From a virus (taxonomy: Duplodnaviria > Caudoviricetes), in the IMG/VR virus record IMGVR_UViG_3300020161_000978, positions 1 through 26,022 of that record: a stretch of 26,022 bases of DNA; one strand, given 5' to 3'. The position numbers were made by a program, and so were the translations under genes. The notes below the pieces were generated by a model, which was not told the origin of the DNA, did no database searches, and worked only from the letters and a program-made list of their open reading frames with translations. The number at the start of each line of letters is the position of its first letter. The stretch's first letter is position 1. Of this stretch, positions 24,901 through 26,022 are shown in pieces.

Positions 24901-26022
24901 TTACCACTTATGAGCTATGGGCGCAGGAATAATCTTGACAGGTGGCCGAGCTGCTGAAACGCGGCGGATTGCTTCGCAGGCGTATCGCAGGGCGTCGATG
25001 ACGTGGTTCTTTTTGTCCTGGAGCTGCGGCAGGATGCGACCCGTCAGCGGGTCGGTCTTGTAGCTGTATAGCGTCAGCTCGTCGATCGTGTGCGTGCATC
25101 GAGGGTGAACGATGATGTCATGCGACTTGAGAAACTCCACGCCTTCCTCGACGCTCTTAGCGCCTTTGACGGCGGGCATAATCTTGCCGAATCCGCTCTT
25201 ACGCATGTGCGAGATGGTCTCGGGGCGCGCGGAGTCGGCGACGATAGGCCAGCGCTCTGACTCGGGAATCGTGAGGAAAAGCGCAGGCGTATCGACAATC
25301 TCGCAGCCCACGGAATACACTTCGTAGTCGATGAATAGTTTACGGCCTACGACGTGGCAGCGCACAAGCGTCGTCGGGTCGACGGCAAATCCCCAGTCAG
25401 CGCCGAAGCGATGCACGGCGTCTGCGGGCGCGTCGAACTCTTCGATCTGCCAGTTGCGGAACACGCGCGATTCGCTGTTGCGCAGGTATTCGCCGCGCCA
25501 TACGTGGGCGTACTTGTCCGGGTCGCGGCGCTTGTCGTACTCGAGCTCCGCCTTGAGCACGTCGGGGAACCAGGGGTTGTCCTCGTAGTTGACGCGCACC
25601 ACGGCGGCATCATGCGGCGGCGTGTCTCCTCGCAAGAGCGCGTCCACCGGGTCACTCGACTGCGAGGGATTCCAGGAAAACCACAGCTCGGAGCCAGGGA
25701 GGCGGATGGTTGGTCTCAGCAGGTCGAGCGAGCGCTGGCTCAGTGATTGCGCCTCCTCGACCCACGCGCAGTTGTAGCCTTCCAAGCTTTTGATCGAATC
25801 GGCGGTGTGATTTTGCATCCCCGCAAAGATAATTTTACCAGCGCCTTTCCTGGATTTAATCACCGACTCTTGAATTTCAAAATAGTGCGAGACGCCGAGC
25901 GCCTCAATCTTGTTTTCGAGAAGTCTTTTGACTGACTGTCCGAGGGATTTCTGAATCTCGCGCACGCAAACGGAAGAGCGGTTAGGGTCAAGCACGTGGG
26001 CTTCGACGAGCGCTTCGGCGAA
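24901..26022 (-). CDS. terL: Terminase large subunit (PBSX/Terminase_3-type), 5'-truncated by the window edge
   Basis: Frame open to 26022. 'SIKSLEG', Walker B 'WVEEA', 'RPTIR', 'SWNP', nuclease 'GADWG..DP', 'NH.IDALRYA'. Confidence 0.95.
   Translation of the reverse strand, partial: FAEALVEAHVLDPNRSSVCVREIQKSLGQSVKRLLENKIEALGVSHYFEIQESVIKSRKGAGKIIFAGMQNHTADSIKSLEGYNCAWVEEAQSLSQRSLDLLRPTIRLPGSELWFSWNPSQSSDPVDALLRGDTPPHDAAVVRVNYEDNPWFPDVLKAELEYDKRRDPDKYAHVWRGEYLRNSESRVFRNWQIEEFDAPADAVHRFGADWGFAVDPTTLVRCHVVGRKLFIDYEVYSVGCEIVDTPALFLTIPESERWPIVADSARPETISHMRKSGFGKIMPAVKGAKSVEEGVEFLKSHDIIVHPRCTHTIDELTLYSYKTDPLTGRILPQLQDKKNHVIDALRYACEAIRRVSAARPPVKIIPAPIAHKW

Noticed and set aside
1797-26022. Possible stop-codon recoding (late genes end in TAA or TGA where checked)
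   Set aside because: Genes are full length and tightly packed under the standard code, so recoding is not needed.
1-26022. Integrase, att site, tRNA or firm host assignment
   Set aside because: None is recognisable in the window; prophage versus free phage and host taxon cannot be determined without searches.

Overview
The window is part of a P22-like (podovirus-morphology) tailed phage or prophage genome. Positions ~1797-26022 form one tightly packed minus-strand late operon: TerL (5'-truncated), P22-type portal, scaffold, coat, a small accessory protein, gp4 adaptor, several fibre or receptor-binding proteins with two assembly-type genes, gp10 hub, tail needle, a cupin-like protein, three ejection (DNA transfer) proteins, a P22-type tailspike and a lysis cassette ending in a GH73-like endolysin. 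Positions 1-1680 carry small plus-strand genes converging on the late operon, including a compact promoter/operator-controlled three-gene unit that the ORF track largely misses. The most notable features are: (i) a 1759-aa third ejection protein whose ~760-aa core is followed by a Pro/Ala linker and ~800 aa of apparently concatenated small domains, a candidate injected multi-cargo system; (ii) the leaderless mini-operon with a palindromic operator; (iii) an endolysin with a C-terminal Trp/Arg amphipathic peptide; (iv) a recombination scar marking tail-fibre module exchange. All family assignments come from motif recognition and gene order, not from database searches.
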